From the NCBI GenBank assembly GCA_964016885.1, contig OZ024742.1, positions 203,360,001 to 203,424,000 of the forward strand: DNA of 64,000 nt, given 5' to 3'. Source of the DNA: Eledone cirrhosa. Its lineage: Eukaryota. The notes beneath the pieces were generated by a model. The model was not told the DNA's origin. It worked only from the letters and a program-made list of their open reading frames with translations, and made no database searches. Below are positions 1 through 12,002 of this stretch, in pieces. The translations under genes were made by a program, and so were the position numbers. Positions within the stretch are counted from its first letter, which is position 1. Each line of letters opens with the position of its first letter.

Positions 1-1010
1 CATCACAACTACGATCATAACATCTACTTCAACAACCATCACCTCAATTACCAACACAACTAAGGCTACCAATATTGACACTACAACTACGACCATGACA
101 TCTACCTCAACCACCATTACCAGCACGTCAACTACCATCACCAGCACTACCACCACCAGCACCTCAACTAGCCTCACCCCCGACATCACAAGTACCACCA
201 TAATTTCCGCCTCAACCACCACCACCACCACCACCAACACCACCACAACCACCACCTCAACTACTATTATCACTAACACCACTAACACCGACATCACAGG
301 TACCACCATCATTTCTGTCTCAACCACCACCACGGCTAACACTACCCCAACTACCATTACCACTAAGACCACTAACAAGAACACTAATACCATCAACACG
401 GCCGCTGTCACAGACATCCCCAACACTACCACCATTACTACCACCTCAATGAACAACAAAACTTTATACAGCGAGCCAACCAAAAGAGCTTCGAGGTGGA
501 TTCACCTCATCCTAGAATAAGTCTCCTTCAGAATCCCGCCATGTCATCTCAAATAAGGAAACACTATATTGGGTAACATAGTCCTACACCCCATTAAAAT
601 CACAGGATGGCCAGGGCTGGAACACCTTACACAAACAATCTGTTCCATCAGAGTTGATCTGGGTTTCAAAAACTACAATGGTACCATCAACAATGACAAC
701 ACAAACATTATCACCAGCAACAACAACAGTAAAAACAATATCACAGCACCAGCACCATCAACACCAATACCAACAGTTAAAACTACGATATTTACACAAG
801 CAACAACAGTAACACTGACAACAATAACAACACCAGCAAAACAATACCCACAGCAACAATAACAACACCATGACCAGCATCACCAACGACAATAACATCA
901 AGAAAATCACTTCCAATGAAAACAACAATAATAACAACGTCAACACCATCAACAGAAACAAAGCAACAACAGCAACTCAAACAACAAGTAAAATAACACC
1001 ATATATGCAT
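1..1010. repeat. Low-complexity (ACC/AAC)n-like cryptic trinucleotide tract
   Basis: Degenerate CAC/AAC/ACT triplets; they produce the Thr/Asn-rich ORFs at 95-520 and 569-862, which have no recognisable domain. Confidence 0.8.
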
Positions 1011-1079
1011 TCCACACACATATCCCAGATATACTGTATTATACTATCTATAGTCTAAAGTCTGTCTTAAGCCAGAAGT

Positions 1080-1290
1080 CTCAGTTGGCAGGTGCTTATG
1101 CCGGTTTCATGTCGTGAAGCGACTGAGAGTACAAGATGCCAGTCCAACGCAGGGTTAAACCCCCAGATATTGCTGGTACTCATTTACAGCTGGGTATACT
1201 GGAGCAACGTGAAATGAAGTGTTTTGCTCAAGAACACAACACACAACCCAGGAATCGAACCCCCGACATTATGATAGTAAGTTCTCCACA
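1080..1290 (-). mobile_element. tRNA-derived CORE-like SINE
   Basis: Minus strand reads B box GGTTCGATTCC, then GTGTTGTGTTCTTGAGCAAAACACTTCATTTCACGTTGCTCCAG, matching the clean copy at 63643. Confidence 0.7.
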
Positions 1291-1322
1291 TGCCTCCGCT
1301 CAATATATATATATATATATAC

Positions 1323-1569
<247 letters not shown>

Positions 1570-2064
1570 ACGAGTGCGTGTGCGTGTGTATATATATACA
1601 CACACACATATATAGGAGAAGAGAAAAGGAGAAGGTGAATTGAGGAAGAAAGTGAATGGGTGTAGAATAAAATGATCTGTATGTGTGTGTAGAATTAGTT
1701 ATGAGTATGTATGGTGTTAGTGAGTTTGTGTACTAATCTACGTATGATATGTATGATATATATAGTCTATGTAAATGTATAGATGAAAGAAATTAGTGTA
1801 TGTAGTCTGTAAGGTGTCAATATATACATAGTAGTTGGTGTATTATGTGTTGTGTTAAGAAGTGATGTACTAGAGTGTAGAGATGGAGTTAGATAAACCT
1901 GATGAATCTGTTCAAACCAAACGCCTTGCAATCCCATGTGACAGCGGTAAGCAGGACAGCCATGTATTAATTAAAGAGATGTCTCGTAGATGTTTAGTGA
2001 TACGATCCACCAAATATATATTCATTATATTAATAAATGGAAACTATATTTATAAAACCATAAT

Positions 2065-2130
2065 CATTTTATTATATATATTTCAAGAGCAACCAAGGCA
2101 AATTTTGGTGCGCTTTCATCAGATAAAATA
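2065..2130 (-). ncRNA. Type I hammerhead ribozyme
   Basis: UAUUUUAU-CUGAUGA-AAGCGCACCA..UGGUUGCUCUU-GAAA-UAUAUA-UA-AUAAAAUG; stems I and II pair, and stem III is palindromic. Confidence 0.75.
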
Positions 2131-2256
2131 CAAAATTTGATTTATAAATGTTGACATACCCGTAGAAGAACAACCTTGACGGTCGGAAGTTCGCTGGAGG
2201 TTTACCGTCAAGGTTGTTCTTCTGCGAGTATGTCAACATTTATAAAACAAATTTTG

Positions 2257-2322
2257 TATTTTATCTGATGAAAGCGCACCAGAATTTGCCTTGGTTGCCC
2301 TTGAAATATATATAATAAAATA
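2257..2322 (+). ncRNA. Type I hammerhead ribozyme
   Basis: Stem I TATTTTAT (2257-64)/ATAAAATA (2315-22); CTGATGA 2265-71; GAAA 2303-06; predicted cleavage after 2314. Confidence 0.8.
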
Positions 2323-2452
2323 ATTATGGTTTTATAAATATAGTTTCCATTTATTAATATAATGAATATTTACTCCAGTAAACTGTTGAGTGCTTTATAT
2401 CAGTTATAAAACTTTTAAGTTTGTTGAATTCCAACAAATTAAATATAACTTT

Positions 2453-2489
<37 letters not shown>

Positions 2490-2492
<3 letters not shown>

Positions 2493-2889
2493 TGGCGAAG
2501 GGTAACCTGGATGCAGGGCATGCAGTCCAATCGCCGTGGCAGAAAGTGGAGCTGTGCAGCCTTACCCCCCCCCCCCCCCCCCCCATTCCCTCTAAATTAC
2601 CCTCCCGGTCAAAGCCGCATGTAGTATTTTCTAGTGTGTGTGTGTGTGTTATCTTTTTATGTGTCTGCGATTTAGTAAGCAGTCAAAATTCTGCTTGCCC
2701 CAAAGCTGTCGGGTGTTTGTGTGTATGTGTTTGTGTGTATGTGTGTGTGCGTGTGTGTGTTATCTTTTTTGTGTCTATACGTTTTAGTAAGCAGCCAAAA
2801 TTCAGCTTGCTTCAACCGACGCAATTGTCAATTCAAGATTCTATAGCGCATGCACTGCATGCGTTGCATGTACGGACCCTTCGCCCCTT
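2490..2889. mobile_element. Non-autonomous DNA transposon (hAT-like MITE)
   Basis: Imperfect ~35-bp TIRs: CAGTGGCGAAGGGT..ATGCAGGGCATGCAGT versus ACTGCATGCGTTGCAT..ACCCTTCGCCCCT; inserted in (TA)n. Confidence 0.6.
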
Positions 2890-2913
2890 ATATATATATA
2901 TATATATATATAT

Positions 2914-3145
2914 AAGTTAAAACAAAAAAACAAAAACAATAACGAAGAGTGCAGTACAAAGTCCTAGTATTAGGTTCACGCTTGAGAGTAGGGGTGGGGG
3001 ACGACGTTTCGGGCATAAGCCCTTCATCAGGAGAAAAGTGGGTAGGAAAAGAATTCCGAGGGTGTGGGAGGGAGTGGTGGAAAAACATTAAAAGGGGGGG
3101 GGGGTTAAAGGGAAGGAAAAACATTAGAAAGAGGTTATATATATA
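2914..3145 (-). mobile_element. Penelope-type pLTR fragment with degenerate hammerhead core
   Basis: Minus strand CTGATGA-A-GGGC-TTAT-GCCC-GAAA-CGTC at 3003-3030, but stem I does not pair; homologous to ~6100-6300 (+). Confidence 0.6.
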
Positions 3146-3179
3146 TTAGTCTTCACATTTATTACTATTACTATATATT

Positions 3180-3760
3180 CATCATCATCAGGTCGAGCTT
3201 GCTCGGCTTTAGCTTTCAATAGCTGGATATACACTTGCGGTCTCTACTCCATACAAGTAAAAGCAGTACTCTGTATTAGAGCGGTTGTGCCTCACCGAAA
3301 CATCCAATAGTTGATATGATCGCCTTGCCACTAGTAGTATGAACCAAATTCACGGTTACTTGATCATTGCTTTATCTACTGATCCGACATCCTGCTTACC
3401 AATGTCGTCGTTTAACCCAGTCAGGATTGGTTTGACAGATTGCCTATCAAGGCCAAAGAGCTTTGTCCGCCCCGGCTTTGAAATAAGAGTGGTCCCTCTC
3501 CTAGACAGATTGCCGACCAAGGCTACCAAATATACACTATATACACTATATACATATTTACACAATTTTGGATAGCCGTTGACTCTTATGAGTTCTTCCG
3601 CCCTTTGTCAGGTTTTGTTTTTGTCCTGCAGGATGTCCAAAATCACCCTCCTCACCAAGTAAACTTGATGGGGTTGCCGGTTTAGTCGCCGACGACCCGA
3701 CCATGCGACAGGTTGTACTGGGTTACATGTCACCAGTAGCACTCGAGAGTGGCCTGACAT
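3180..3760 (-). mobile_element. Probable RTE-related non-autonomous retroelement
   Basis: (GAT)n-like tail at the 3180 end; CCCTCTCCTAGAC..GCCGACCAAGGCTA segment resembles RTE 5' UTRs and is echoed at ~34085-34120. Family call is from memory. Confidence 0.4.
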
Positions 3761-3762
3761 AT

Positions 3763-3810
<48 letters not shown>

Positions 3811-3958
3811 ATACTTTGGGAGGGTCATGTTGCCAATAAGAAACACACGCACCAGTTGCTTTCACTCCAATTTATTATAAATTAAATTTATAAATTTAAG
3901 AATTCATAAATTTCCGGTTGGTTGGTTGGTTCCATAACCGGACGGTTGTTCATATATT

Positions 3959-4001
3959 GTCAAAGTTCTTTCGTCACACATTCTGTGACCTCATCAGTGA
4001 C
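3959..4001 (-). ncRNA. Minimal type I hammerhead ribozyme in the Penelope pLTR
   Basis: GUCA-CUGAUGA-G-GUCACA-GAAUG-UGUGAC-GAAA-GAAC-UU-UGAC; one extra nucleotide after A9. Confidence 0.7.
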
Positions 4002-4204
4002 TGGGGATTCTTTTCTTTGTTTTTGTGCCTCACCTTTGTTCTGTCCTACACCATCTTGTTTTTGTGTCTGTTGTGTGCTTAGTTTGCGCATGTGTTACAT
4101 CCGGGTGTATGTGTGTGTTTATGTTTGTTTATTTATTTGTTTATTTACATGTTACTGGTTGCTTGTTTGTTCTATGTGTGTGTGTGTGTGTTTTCATTTT
4201 GTCC

Positions 4205-5060
4205 TTAATTGTAAGTTGTGATGTTGCTATTCCATTCATGTTTTCTATTTAATTTTGGTTGGAGTTCATTTATGTTTATTGCCTCTGTGATTTGTCTAAA
4301 CATTGCGTCTTTTCTGTGTGTAGATTCTATTTTTATTTCTATCTTCTCTAATTTGCCCTTATGTTCTATTTTAGTATTTGGTGGAGTACAGATGATTCTT
4401 TTCTATCTTGAAGCTCTCGCCAGTGTTCATTTAACCGTTCTCCTATACTACGAGCTGTCTCACCTATGTACACTATATTCTTATCTCTACATTGTCCTTC
4501 AGTACATCTTATGCTATATACTACATTTCTAGTTTTACAGTTTATATGGGGGCTTAGTTTACAGATTATACATTTCTTATCTATACAGGGAGGTCTTTGA
4601 AAAGGGTATGTATTGCTAATAAGTGTTTTTATGGAGGTATCTGGTCTTTCTACTATCTTAATATTAAGTTTATGTTTATCTAGGGCCCTTCTAAATTTGT
4701 AAGCTAATTCACCTCTAGGGGTTGTATTGATGAACATTACACTCTGGTATTTATTGCCATGAGTTTATTCTATTAACCTTATTCCTAGTTCTTTCTATTC
4801 TATTCTAAAATTTGATCCTATACAAAGGGCAGGTCCCATTTGTATCATTATTTATCATTTTTCCCATTTGGTTCTGGCTCCTCTATATACTCTGATTTTA
4901 TCTCTCTGATTGTAAGCAGAGAACTGCATACGGTGGATGAAGTGTTGTATGTGTCTCTCTAGCTCTTTGTGGTTGCACATGCGGGACACTTTTCTCATCA
5001 CCCGTACCAAATCCGCAATCAGTATGTTGATTGGGACCTGCCCCTTGTATAGAAGCAAAT
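4205..5060 (-). pseudogene. Frameshifted Penelope RT-thumb/GIY-YIG ORF remnant
   Basis: ORF-track pieces 4366-4737 and part of 4855-5286, plus an out-of-frame C-terminus at 4205-4380. Confidence 0.85.
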
Positions 5061-5132
5061 TATATATATAACCATCACCAAGAAAGTATATATATATATA
5101 TATATGTATATAAAATGTATATATATATATAT

Positions 5133-5172
<40 letters not shown>

Positions 5173-5176
<4 letters not shown>

Positions 5177-5330
5177 GTTTCTATTTTAGGCACAAGGCCA
5201 GCAATTACCCCGTAAGGATGAAAGGCAAAGTTAACCTCGGCGGGATTTGAACTCAGATCATACAGAGAGGTAACTCTATGCTTCAAAGCATGGCGTCCGA
5301 CCCTCTACCGATACTGCCAATCAAATAATG
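5173..5330 (-). mobile_element. tRNA-derived SINE (Meta-domain-like family)
   Basis: Matches the complete copy at 19404-19600, with an internal deletion. Confidence 0.8.
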
Positions 5331-5594
5331 GTTTCTGATTTAGCCAGAAGGCCAGCAACTTTGGGGGAAGGGAAAGTCAATTAAAATTTAAGACGGCAGG
5401 TCTTACACCTGCCAGTTTTGATGTCACTTTAAAAACCTGGTGCGCATGTCAAGTCTATTCATTAAAATTCTGAAGAGGAAAGGTGACTGTACGCATCAAA
5501 CAAAGACTTGTACCGTCATGTAGAATATACCAGTTGATTTCCTGTAACTTCACGCATAATGTTACGTAATATGTATGTATATATATATATATAT

Positions 5595-6300
5595 CCACTC
5601 TATAACATGAGAAATATCCAACATATTGTCTCACACTCCATGGAAATACCTTAGGAACTTACCCACGAACAAACACTCACATTTTTTTTCGAACCACGCC
5701 ACCTACATCCACACCACGTATAAACACAAACACACGTGCGTATCCCCACAAATACACACTCAGCCTCCGGACCCCCTCCCCCCTTCCCCACTCCTCTGAC
5801 CCCTCTCCATCCACACGCACGCATACACCGACTTACACCCCACCCCACGCACGCACCTTTTCCTGAACATGGAACCTCGTTCTTCCCTCAATTCTTACAT
5901 TCACATACAAACGCATACACACACACGTACACCTACACACATACACAAACACCACCTTCAGTACTCCCCGCTCGGACCCCCCGCCCCACCTCCCTCTCCC
6001 AACTTCACTCGCCACCACCCCTACACGCCTCACACCCTTTCACCACTTGTTTATTTTTATGTTTATTTTTATTTTTATTTTTATTTGTACTTCTTCAATC
6101 GTCCGCCCCCCCCTTTCTAAATGTCTTTCCACCATTCCGCCTCACTCCCTCGGAACTCTCTTCCTACCCACTTTTCTCCTGATGAAGGGCTTATGCCTGA
6201 AACATCCCCCCCCCCCCACACACACACACTCAAAAGCGTGAACCTAATAAACTCTTATTTGCACTGCCTCTCTGTTTTTGTTCCCGCCTAAGTTTTAACT
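5595..6300 (+). mobile_element. Decayed Penelope-type 3' end/pLTR with degenerate hammerhead core
   Basis: CTGATGA 6179-85, GGGC-TTAT-GCCT, GAAA 6199-6202; 3' part is homologous to 2914-3145; (TA)n flanks. Confidence 0.5.
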
Positions 6301-6406
6301 ATATATATATATAGTGGTGGAACACTGGAAGGTAATATCCGTAGTGGTAGAGCACTCAGTCAAAGGGACGAGTTAGGTAGAAGTGGTTACACAACAGTTA
6401 GCTCAC

Positions 6407-6454
6407 CATACCGAGAACAATTGTTTCACCTTAGCGGATCTTCAGCTCGGGATG
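6407..6454 (-). ncRNA. Minimal type I hammerhead ribozyme (pLTR-like unit ~6313-6715)
   Basis: CCGAG-CUGAAGA-UCC-GCUAA-GGU-GAAA-CAAUUG-UU-CUCGG; perfect stem I, palindromic stem III, weak stem II. Confidence 0.7.
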
Positions 6455-6947
6455 TGTATGGAGAAATCATCTGATGATTCACTATTTAGCCTTAATAAAA
6501 TGAATATATATATAGTACCATACAAACATACTAATGTCGAAATAACGAAAATAAGGAATAATTGGTAGGTAATAAAGTAAATCACAGTAGGAGTGGTTCG
6601 AAAAACACGATGGTGATTAGTTTCAGAAAGAAAGTATGAAATATGAAGAAGGTAAATCGTTCTAATATTTACCCAATTTCCCCATACAATATAAAAACAC
6701 TGTATTATATATATATTTATAAATAATAAGGAAAGGAATGAGTTTCATTAAGTATAGCTGTTACACTCCACTTATCGCTTTTAGCAAAAATTTGACATTT
6801 GAGGTGTGTGGAAAATACATTATATATATATATATGTATATTTGTATATATATGTATATACATACATATATATATACATACATACACACACACACACACA
6901 TATATGTATATATATATATATATATACATATATATACATATATATAC

Positions 6948-6978
<31 letters not shown>

Positions 6979-7226
6979 CAGTGGAAGTTGGCATAGAAAT
7001 CCAGGTCAGGAGCTATTACAGTGAAGCAATTCAAACAGATTAAATCTGAATGCCGGTGCATTACACTGCATCTATGTACATATGTGTTTACGTGCGTGTC
7101 TATGTGTACACACACACATATATATATATATTTATATATATATATGTGTGTGTGTGTGAGTGTGTGTGTGCATGTATTTACATCTTTATCTATATACGTG
7201 TACATATTTATATATATATATATATA

Positions 7227-7261
<35 letters not shown>

Positions 7262-7264
<3 letters not shown>

Positions 7265-7598
7265 AAAGTTCTATTTAAATTGTTGGGATACAACAAGCAA
7301 ATATTTTTATAACTGATATAAAGCACTCGACAAGTATTTGGAGTAAATATACGATATTAACAAATGGAAACTATATTTATAAAACCATATCTATTTTATT
7401 ATACATATTTCAAGGAGACCATGTTAAAAGTAACGGTTGCATTTTGAAAGGGTACGTGAATGTTTATTTATAAAACTGGTATATATTGTATTTTGTCTGA
7501 CGAAGGCATACCATAATTTAACATGGTATCCTTGAAATATGTATAATAAAATAGATATGGTTTTATAAATATAGTTTCCATTTGTTAATATCGTATAT
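7262..7598 (-). mobile_element. Family B pLTR with partial inversion
   Basis: ~7348-7428 is inverted relative to ~7516-7598; tail homologous to 2370-2455 on the minus strand; (TA)n on both sides. Confidence 0.7.
7489..7553 (+). ncRNA. Type I hammerhead ribozyme
   Basis: TATTTTGT-CTGACGA-AGGCATACCAT..ATGGTATCCTT-GAAA-TATGTA-TA-ATAAAATA. Confidence 0.7.
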
Positions 7599-7624
7599 AT
7601 ATATATATATATATATTTTTATAT

Positions 7625-7848
7625 AATTATATTTCGTTTCTGAATTTGTTTAGCAAGATTCTTTATCTGAAAACGTGTGTTGAAACCGATATTGTTATAC
7701 TTTGGGAGGGTCATGTTGCCAATAAGAAACACACGCACCAGTTGCTTTCACTTCAATTTATTATAAATTAAATTTATAATAAATTGAAGTGAAAGTTACT
7801 GGTGCGTGTGTTTCTTATTGGCAACATGACCCTCCCAAAGTATAATAA
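7625..7848. mobile_element. Naiad-like pLTR end fragment with inversion
   Basis: Nearly identical to 3806-3890, then re-read inverted (7778-7846); a third inverted copy lies at 17857-17961. Confidence 0.7.
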
Positions 7849-7866
7849 TAATAATAATAATAATAA

Positions 7867-7980
<114 letters not shown>

Positions 7981-8482
7981 CATACATATTCATATATAAA
8001 CAAATTATGCCGATTACTGATTAATCGGTCTCCGATTATCTATAACATGATATGAAATACGTCTTATAATTTATTGTAAGTAATATATCATAGTATTTCA
8101 TAAATAATCTCAATTCTGAAGCTTTCATATTAATCACAATTTTAGAACATATGATGATAAAAGTAGGTTGATTTTACCGTAGGCGCTATCAAATAAGCCT
8201 GCAAGATATCGGCTATGTTATGAAGGTTTTAAATAATAATTGTTTCTACTTTTGGCACAAGGCCAGCAATTAACCAGTGCATTACTGGTACTTTATTTTA
8301 TCCACCAGTAATGGTTTTAAATAATAATGAAGGTTTTACATAATAATTTAGGATATCTTAAATGTGATCATTATATCACACTTCTTGTTTGAGTAACTGA
8401 AATTACTATTAATGGAAATTTTTGGAGTAACTTTAAATAAATATATATTCAAAATCTTAAATAATTTCTTAAACAATGCGTT

Positions 8483-8645
8483 TATTTGGACCCCGTACTG
8501 CCAGCTCCTCCGCATGGTTGGAGCGTCGGCGTCCCGTCTGAGGAAGGAGACGGTGAGTTGGCGTTGGGTGGCTCTTGCAGTGGGTGTCACTGGCCATCGT
8601 TCGTGGGAACGCTTTTGCCGTCTTCTGCCCATGCCCTAGGCCCAA
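8483..8645 (+). mobile_element. CRE-clade LINE 3' fragment (end of restriction-like endonuclease)
   Basis: Frameshifted GPRTA..LLRMVG..WLLQWVSLAIVRGNAFAV, parallel to GPRATSLLTTIG..WLFQRFSIAVLRGNAFSI at 27370-27505. Confidence 0.75.
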
Positions 8646-9182
8646 AGCCCAATCACCCTCCCTTTCAGCCCCCTCTCTTCTGCGACACCAGACCTCTTGC
8701 CATCACCTCCCCTTCTCGTTCTTTCTCTTCTTTCTTTCTGTCTCTTTTATTCTATATTTCCCTATTCTTTCTTTCCTTTTGTTGCTCCCCTTATTTTTTA
8801 TTATATCATTATTGAAAATAAAAATTTCAACACAAATAAAAAATAACAAGATTAAACACATATCTTCTGAGCTGAGTAGGAACATCTTCATTGATATCTT
8901 ATAATCTACAGGGAGACACACCCTCTAGGTATGCCCAAAGGTTGTGTAGATCAGAGTGTTCGACGAATAGGAATATTGTTATATTATATTTGAGGTTTAA
9001 TTTGTGAATCTTAGGAAATAATATATATTTCGTATTCAAACTAGTGTTCTTTCTGAACATCTCTATCATGCATGGTTTACTTGCAGCAAAATCACAAACA
9101 GTTAATCGATAAATGGTTCATATCGATACCAATTATCTGTAAATTAATCGGTGCCTCATTAATCTCTCTCTATCTCTCTCTC

Positions 9183-9223
<41 letters not shown>

Positions 9224-9246
9224 CGGGTAAAATTCCCGTGATCCAT

Positions 9247-9309
<63 letters not shown>

Positions 9310-9312
9310 TAT

Positions 9313-9793
9313 GTAGATAAATCTACCAAGAGTTTACGGTAGTGTCCAATCCGTATGAAGAACTCAATGTATTCCGGATATCATGGAAAGAAGAGATGTA
9401 ATGAAAATCCACTTTCGGTGAAAGATAAACGGTATACAGAGTCAAGATAAAATATTAAACAAATAATGAACAAACAATTCCTTATATTAAACAAAAAAAG
9501 TTCACTATTTAACGATCGTTTCTAGGGTATATATGTGTTATAATTGGTATGCATATTCAACAGATCTATGTACAAAATTATACAAAATTATACAAATTAT
9601 CAAGATTAAATATATGTGTTAGGTATGTATATTTAATCTTGATAATTTGTATAATTTTGTATAATTTTGTACATAGATCTGTTGAATATGCATACCAATT
9701 ATAACACATATATACCCTAGAAACGATCGTTAAATAGTGAACTTTTTTTGTTTAATATAAGGAATTGTTTGTTCATTATTTGTTTAATATTTT

Positions 9794-9794
<1 letters not shown>
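9313..9794 (-). mobile_element. Foldback pLTR-like insertion with 167-bp inverted arms
   Basis: Arms 9448-9614 and 9628-9794 with a 13-nt spacer; each has a hammerhead 3' half (GAAA-CGATCG-TT); (TA)n flanks. Confidence 0.6.
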
Positions 9795-9860
<66 letters not shown>

Positions 9861-9906
9861 TATATACATATATATATATATATATTCATACATATATATA
9901 TATATC

Positions 9907-9982
<76 letters not shown>

Positions 9983-9983
9983 G

Positions 9984-10324
<341 letters not shown>

Positions 10325-10375
10325 GATATATATATATATATATATACAGGATGTATATATATGTATGTATATATA

Positions 10376-10474
10376 TACAGGATGTCCCCAAAAAGGTATA
10401 CACACTTCAACAGCATTCTAATAAATATTGCCTGTTCAAGTAATCAAAGTGTGTATACATTTTTGGGACACCAT
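10376..10474. mobile_element. ~95-bp Tc1/mariner-type MITE
   Basis: TIRs TACAGGATGTCCCCAAAAAGGTATACACACTT and AAGTGTGTATACATTTTTGGGACACC; TA context. Confidence 0.65.
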
Positions 10475-10486
10475 ATATATATATAT

Positions 10487-10625
10487 AAAAGGAATTGTGG
10501 TAAGGAACCAGATGGACCATAACGCACCAGAGTACTCAATACTTAGTTTAGTAGAGTGGGAAATAAGAAAAAGTATGACCCCGACGGCAGAGCTCAAGCC
10601 GTTACGACGGCTATTTCTGGACTCA
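10487..10625 (-). mobile_element. Family A pLTR remnant
   Basis: Reverse-complement match to 1332-1462. Confidence 0.6.
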
Positions 10626-10820
10626 ATATATATATATGTGTGTGTGTGTATATATATATATATAAAAGAAATAGGATTTCGCTTCAAGCATAGCTTTATA
10701 CAATATGTATAAATATTTCGTATCTCCAAAGAAATACGGTTTTAGGAAGCCGTAGCTATGCAAACACCGGGGGGGGGGGCTAACGCCCTTTAGTAATGTC
10801 CAGCAGAAGCAAGGGGGACA

Positions 10821-10864
10821 ACTGTCTATGCATTTCAGGCTTAATTGGCCTTCGACAGGACGGT
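10821..10864 (-). ncRNA. Hammerhead ribozyme copy with a mutated core (CUGUCGA)
   Basis: ACCGUC-CUGUCGA-AGGC-CAAUUAA-GCCU-GAAA-UGCA-UA-GACAGU; the A6U change probably inactivates it. Confidence 0.6.
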
Positions 10865-11405
10865 CCCTCCCACCGCTTGCGACTGCTGGACTAGAAGACA
10901 GGCGAGAATATATACATTTCTCGTCTGTGTAAATGAGGTGATTAATCTCATTTGCATATGAAGCTGCATAAGTTGGCTCAAATTATAATAAAAAAGAAAT
11001 AGGATTTCGCTTCAAGCATAGCTTTATACAATATGTATAATTATTTCGTATCTCCAAAGAAATACGGTTTTAGGAAGCCATAGCTATGCAAACACCGGGG
11101 GGTTGACGCCCTGAAATGCATAGACGGTTGTCCCCCTTGCTTCTGCTGGACATCACCAGATGGCCTTAGGCCCCCGATGTTTGCATAGCTACGGCTTACT
11201 AAAACGTATTTCTTTGGAGATACGAAATATTTATATATAATCTATAAAGCTATGCTTGAAACGAAATCCTATTTCTTTTTTATTATAAGTTGAGCCAACT
11301 TATGCAGCTTCATATGCAAATGAGATTAATCACCTCATTTACACAGACGAGAAAGTATATATTCTCGCCTGTCTTCTAGTCCAGCAGTCGCAAGCGGTGG
11401 GAGGG

Positions 11406-11449
11406 ACCGTCCTGACGAAGGCCACTTAAGCCTGAAATGCATAGACGGT
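11406..11449 (+). ncRNA. Minimal type I hammerhead ribozyme
   Basis: ACCGTC-CTGACGA-AGGC-CACTTAA-GCCT-GAAA-TGCA-TA-GACGGT; perfect stems I and II, palindromic stem III; predicted cleavage after 11443. Confidence 0.9.
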
Positions 11450-11604
11450 TGTCCCCCTTGCTTCTGCAGGACATAGCCAGAGGGCGTTAGGCCCCCGGTG
11501 TTTGCATAACTACGGCTTCCTAAAACCGTATTTCTTTGGAGATACGAAATATTTATACATATTATATATATAGATATGTACATATATCAATCGATTGTCG
11601 ATAT

Positions 11605-11825
11605 ATATATATATCGACAATCGTCAAATCGGACCGAGCTAACAATGTTTCTGTTGGTCTTTCCAATTGTTATTATTATCTGTCGGTCGCAACTCCAAGT
11701 AGAAGGACCAACGTGAAATAAAGTGTCTCGTTCAAGGACATAACGCATCATCCGGTCCAGAAATCGAATTCACAACCTCACGATTGCGAATCCAATGCTC
11801 TAACCACTCAGCCACGCGCCTTCAT
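11605..11825 (-). mobile_element. tRNA-derived CORE-like SINE
   Basis: Reverse-complement homolog of 63643-63870, including the 3' tail. Confidence 0.8.
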
Positions 11826-12002
11826 ACACACACACACACACACATATATATTTATTTATATATACATTTATGTATATATATATGTGCGTGTGTGTGTGCG
11901 CGCGCGCGTGTGTATGTATGGGTGTGTGTGTGTGTGTGTAAAAGGTAAACAGAAATAACAACACAATCGGTACTATACATGGAAGGGATATATTAGGTTA
12001 AC

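Larger units (their letters stand above)
2018..2455 (+). mobile_element. Penelope-type pLTR with inverted 5' copy (foldback), family B
   Basis: Arms 2018-2183 and 2204-2369 are inverted copies around a 20-nt spacer; an ~85-nt unique tail ends in (TA)n; each arm holds a hammerhead. Confidence 0.75.
3806..5062 (-). mobile_element. Penelope-like element, 5'-truncated (Naiad/Neptune-like): RT thumb, Cys linker, GIY-YIG endonuclease, pLTR
   Basis: ILIADLVRVMRKVS..FIHRMQFSAY (thumb); MFINTTPRGEL; CxxxxCxxC..C linker; NVVYSIRC..YIGETARSIGERLNEH; after a frameshift DAMFRQITEAININELQPKLNRKHEW to a stop at 4205; hammerhead downstream. Confidence 0.9.
10665..11565. mobile_element. Tandem ~325-bp hammerhead-bearing repeat (retrozyme/pLTR-like, family C) with central inversion
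   Basis: Minus-strand units start at 10665 and 10993; orientation switches at ~11110; plus-strand units recur at 11111 and 11432; no coding homology. Confidence 0.75.

Noticed and set aside
95-520. Thr-rich mucin-like ORF (also 37036-37653 and 16247-16917)
   Set aside because: Arises from (ACC/AAC)n low complexity; no signal peptide, domain or splice support.
1880-2013. Minus-strand LVDRITKHLRDISL, resembling a GIY-YIG helix
   Set aside because: Too short and degraded to support a Penelope call.
3880-4205. SECIS/selenocysteine recoding in the Naiad-like element
   Set aside because: No in-frame UGA at Cys positions in the readable ORF and no convincing SECIS fold.
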